From the IMG/VR virus record IMGVR_UViG_3300025888_000020, positions 1 through 37,003 of that record: a DNA stretch of 37,003 nt; one strand, 5' to 3'. This DNA comes from a virus (lineage: Duplodnaviria > Caudoviricetes). The notes below the pieces were generated by a model that saw only the letters and a program-made list of their open reading frames with translations, did no database searches and was not told where the DNA came from. The stretch's first letter is position 1. Every line of letters begins with the position of its first letter. The translations under genes were made by a program, and so were the position numbers. Of the stretch, positions 34,315-37,003 are shown piece after piece.

Positions 34315-34668
34315 TCATATCTCCTTTGATCTTTTATAAATATTTGGTATTCTTCCTGTCTTTTCCAGGAACCTGTCAACCACGCTGCTAGAACAATCGA
34401 GCGTTATTCCAATAGCTGAATTATGATAACCCATACTGTGTAACTCTGCCATGCGCTCATACAGAAATTCCATTTCATCTTTATTTCTGTTTCCTCTGCG
34501 TACAGCTTTTATACTCTCTTTAGGTGTCAGCTTAAGGCGCTCTACACCTGCTACGATTTTACGAATTTCATCCGACGGCTGACAGTACAGCTGAGCCAAC
34601 ACACTTATGTCGACCCAGTTCTTATACTTAATTCGTATCTCGTTGATTACATGTTCATCTGTTATCAT
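34315..34668 (-). CDS. Hypothetical protein, possible HTH
   Basis: LHSMGYHNSAIGITLDCSSSVVDRFL; ATGA overlap. Confidence 0.6.
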   Translation of the reverse strand: MITDEHVINEIRIKYKNWVDISVLAQLYCQPSDEIRKIVAGVERLKLTPKESIKAVRRGNRNKDEMEFLYERMAELHSMGYHNSAIGITLDCSSSVVDRFLEKTGRIPNIYKRSKEI

Positions 34669-35009
34669 TTCTTATTGCCCGCCTTACCTGCATTAAGAAT
34701 CAGCTGAAGATGTTCCAAACGTTGAATGACTTCACCCATATCAGGAGTGTTCTGTCCTAAACAGGACATGTCAAGGTAGTAATTATCATCCCCGTATCCG
34801 TCTCCTGCTCTGGAAAACTGTAACATCTCTCTTGCTGCTGCATAGTCCTTTTGCCTGAACTTATCTACAAAATCCTCTAAAATAGACAAGGCAGCTGAAT
34901 ACAGAACATCGTGCTGTGTCTGCGCTAAGTCCTCCGGCCCGAGTGCAAGCACTTCTGCTACCGTCATGTTACTATCAGAAGGATCTTTGATTACTCTACG
35001 ACTTTCCAT
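34665..35009 (-). CDS. Hypothetical protein
   Basis: AAGGAGG RBS before ATG 35009. Confidence 0.65.
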   Translation of the reverse strand: MESRRVIKDPSDSNMTVAEVLALGPEDLAQTQHDVLYSAALSILEDFVDKFRQKDYAAAREMLQFSRAGDGYGDDNYYLDMSCLGQNTPDMGEVIQRLEHLQLILNAGKAGNKK

Positions 35010-35199
35010 TACTCGTTGCCTCCTTGAGCTTTCTCGTGATTTCGTTAGCGTCTGCCAACTGTGCTTTACACCTATCACGATCTTCTGTTAACCGATTAAC
35101 GCTATTCCGTTCGTAGGTTAGGTCTTGCTCCAATCTGAATATCTTATTATCTCTTTCTGCTATCATGTCAAGCAGAGTTGATAAATTCTTATCGTCCAT
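34996..35199 (-). CDS. Small coiled-coil protein
   Basis: 67 aa heptad-like sequence; TAATG coupling. Confidence 0.6.
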   Translation of the reverse strand: MDDKNLSTLLDMIAERDNKIFRLEQDLTYERNSVNRLTEDRDRCKAQLADANEITRKLKEATSNGKS

Positions 35200-35870
35200 T
35201 ATTTGTTTCTCCTTTCCCTTACATCTTTACTAAAGGCATAACAGCCTAAGTCCGGATGGCTGCGCTTGACATGCTGCCTACCGTTTTCTCTCGTCTCACG
35301 TACCATTGCGCTATACTTTCGAACAGCAGCCTGCTCCTCTTCTGTCATGTGGTCGATTACTTTATAGCGATCAGGTACGACAGCTAAAACATTATCGATC
35401 AGAAGAGAATTGGAAGGACGCTCACGAAGCATAGACAGCTTCTTAGGCATAAAATGAATACGCTCCGTAACAATGAAATTTTCCATGTCCTCCGGGGGCA
35501 TAGCAAACCAGTGCCTATGCAGAAGTATCTTGCATATAGACACAGCAGCACGTATCGAGTACATATCCAGCATCCCATCTTTCAACGAACTCTTGTGTAT
35601 GATTTCATGGTCTATAAGATACTCAAGGAACTCGGGAGCTTCTGCTGCGCGTATTTGTACGCAGTCCGCAGAAGTTATTCCTAAGGAACGCCGAGCCGAA
35701 TTGTCCTTTAAGATCTCTTGTAAAGCATGATTGCAAACAGAACCCGGATGACGTGTACCGTCTGGATCCATTCGAATGCCGGCGCCATTAGCATGTGCAT
35801 AATCTTCGATGTTTTTCGCTACTGTAAATATAGCACCACTGGGAAAGATAAAGAATTCAATCTTGGCCAT
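35199..35870 (-). CDS. Hypothetical protein
   Basis: 223 aa; AGGAGG RBS. Confidence 0.7.
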   Translation of the reverse strand: MAKIEFFIFPSGAIFTVAKNIEDYAHANGAGIRMDPDGTRHPGSVCNHALQEILKDNSARRSLGITSADCVQIRAAEAPEFLEYLIDHEIIHKSSLKDGMLDMYSIRAAVSICKILLHRHWFAMPPEDMENFIVTERIHFMPKKLSMLRERPSNSLLIDNVLAVVPDRYKVIDHMTEEEQAAVRKYSAMVRETRENGRQHVKRSHPDLGCYAFSKDVRERRNK

Positions 35871-35903
35871 TTGTTTTCCTCCTATTTAATTTATTAGTTG
35901 CCA

Positions 35904-36248
35904 TTACTCTTCCTCTCTTGTTTCCAAGTGATGCACCAGTGTTCTAAAAAGAAGTGCATCTATTACGAAATGATCTTCCTGTTCTGGACCGAATCGAAAT
36001 GCAATAGCAGACCATATTCTTCCTTGCTCGAAGGCTTGCTCCTGCGCTTTATCGAACCATTCCTTTTTAAGCGTGAAGCATATCTTATCGGTTGTCTGTG
36101 TTTTTGCTTCTACAAAGAAATCCTCTGTGAGTACATCACCGCCACCAAATTTCGTTCCACCTGAGTTGGGCTGTGTCTTACCATCGATCAACTTAGCTAT
36201 TTGTTTCTCTTGCAGTTCCGAACATTCTTTACTTGTCAAATACTTCAA
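35904..36248 (-). CDS. PD-(D/E)XK nuclease, Holliday-junction-resolvase-like
   Basis: QEKQIAK...PNSGG...GDV...VEAKT. Confidence 0.75.
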   Translation of the reverse strand: MKYLTSKECSELQEKQIAKLIDGKTQPNSGGTKFGGGDVLTEDFFVEAKTQTTDKICFTLKKEWFDKAQEQAFEQGRIWSAIAFRFGPEQEDHFVIDALLFRTLVHHLETREEE

Positions 36249-36626
36249 TTATGTTTCCCCCAGTCTTTTAATATCTCTAGTATAACTTGTCTCGACTAAG
36301 CCTAAGGACACCTGCATAGCAGCGTCTACTTGCTCCATGATGTATTCGTCTATGTATCCTAAACAAGTAGTAAGATCATCTTTGCTTATGCACATTACCT
36401 GTTCAGTTATTGCTACAGCTACTCCTCCCTCCGACACGAACATTACATGTGTAGGAAAGTTTCTCTTTACTTGCCGAGTACAAGGGATAGCAAGCAATAC
36501 GTTTGATGTTAAGTTGATTACATTGTTCGAAACAATGATAACCGGTCGGCTTCCACTCTGCACACTGCCAGACACTTCATGCTTAGGAGCATAATACCAC
36601 ATCTGGCCTCTGCGTACATTAACCAT
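36249..36626 (-). CDS. PemK/MazF-family endoribonuclease-like protein
   Basis: VRRGQMW, GSVQSGSRPVIIVSN, LAIPCT, PTHV, EQV, MEQVDAAMQVSLG. Confidence 0.85.
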   Translation of the reverse strand: MVNVRRGQMWYYAPKHEVSGSVQSGSRPVIIVSNNVINLTSNVLLAIPCTRQVKRNFPTHVMFVSEGGVAVAITEQVMCISKDDLTTCLGYIDEYIMEQVDAAMQVSLGLVETSYTRDIKRLGET

Positions 36627-36987
36627 TTACTTCCTCTTTCGACATCGTTGCCATTAACATACGAAGCGCCTGCTTGGTAATGGTCTGAAAATGCTGCACT
36701 TCCAAGAATGCTAATATATCAGCATCTGTGTTCTTGTTTAGGCGTATAGCTTTCATGACAGTGTTTGCTTCATTGTATTTCTTCTGTCGGCGATAAGCAT
36801 AAGGCACGACAGCAGGCTCGAGTGTACCTTCAGCCTCTTCTGCTAAGTACGCTTCCATGGGTCCATAGTCTTCTGCGATCATAGTTTCCACAGCGGAAGG
36901 AATAACAGTAACCTGAGTAGAGTCAAACATAATGTATTCTCTACCCTCTACGACATGCTTTACGCGGAAGGGTTTACCTACACGCAT
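36619..36987 (-). CDS. Hypothetical protein with C-terminal RHH-like DNA-binding segment (5' end uncertain)
   Basis: AIRLNKNTDADILAFLE...KQALR; the frame may extend beyond the window edge. Confidence 0.6.
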   Translation of the reverse strand: MRVGKPFRVKHVVEGREYIMFDSTQVTVIPSAVETMIAEDYGPMEAYLAEEAEGTLEPAVVPYAYRRQKKYNEANTVMKAIRLNKNTDADILAFLEVQHFQTITKQALRMLMATMSKEEVNG

Positions 36988-37003
36988 AAGTTCTTCAGAA
37001 GAA

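Noticed and set aside
1-37003. tRNA, tmRNA, rRNA, CRISPR array, integrase
   Set aside because: No cloverleaf, tag reading frame, repeat-spacer periodicity or recombinase motif was recognised by eye.

Overview
Fragment of a Firmicutes (Clostridia-like) contractile-tailed phage. On the minus strand, 1-21.2 kb is a morphogenesis operon: PBSX/Xkd-type baseplate, tail and sheath, capsid E, scaffold, SPP1-type gp7 and portal, and a PBSX-family terminase large subunit. TerL is bracketed by two free-standing GIY-YIG endonucleases, each associated with a synonymously recoded duplicate of one TerL terminus. 21.3-23.7 kb is a mostly non-coding control island with CGAG palindromes, phased DnaA boxes, many inverted repeats, divergent promoters and an Ala-rich ORF whose mRNA almost lacks GA/GG dinucleotides. 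23.7-30.2 kb is a plus-strand early/accessory cluster. The top finding lies here (25568-28484): four consecutive genes are each enclosed by their own 26-41 bp G-U-rich inverted repeat, and the arms abut almost base-to-base under further long-range closing stems, suggesting an RNA scaffold with whole genes looped out. 30.2-37 kb (minus strand) holds a displaced TerS candidate, a DnaX/HolB/HolA-like clamp loader, a PD-(D/E)XK nuclease and a PemK/MazF-like RNase. No tRNA, rRNA, CRISPR array or integrase was seen. All family calls are by-eye motif and synteny recognition, not database searches.
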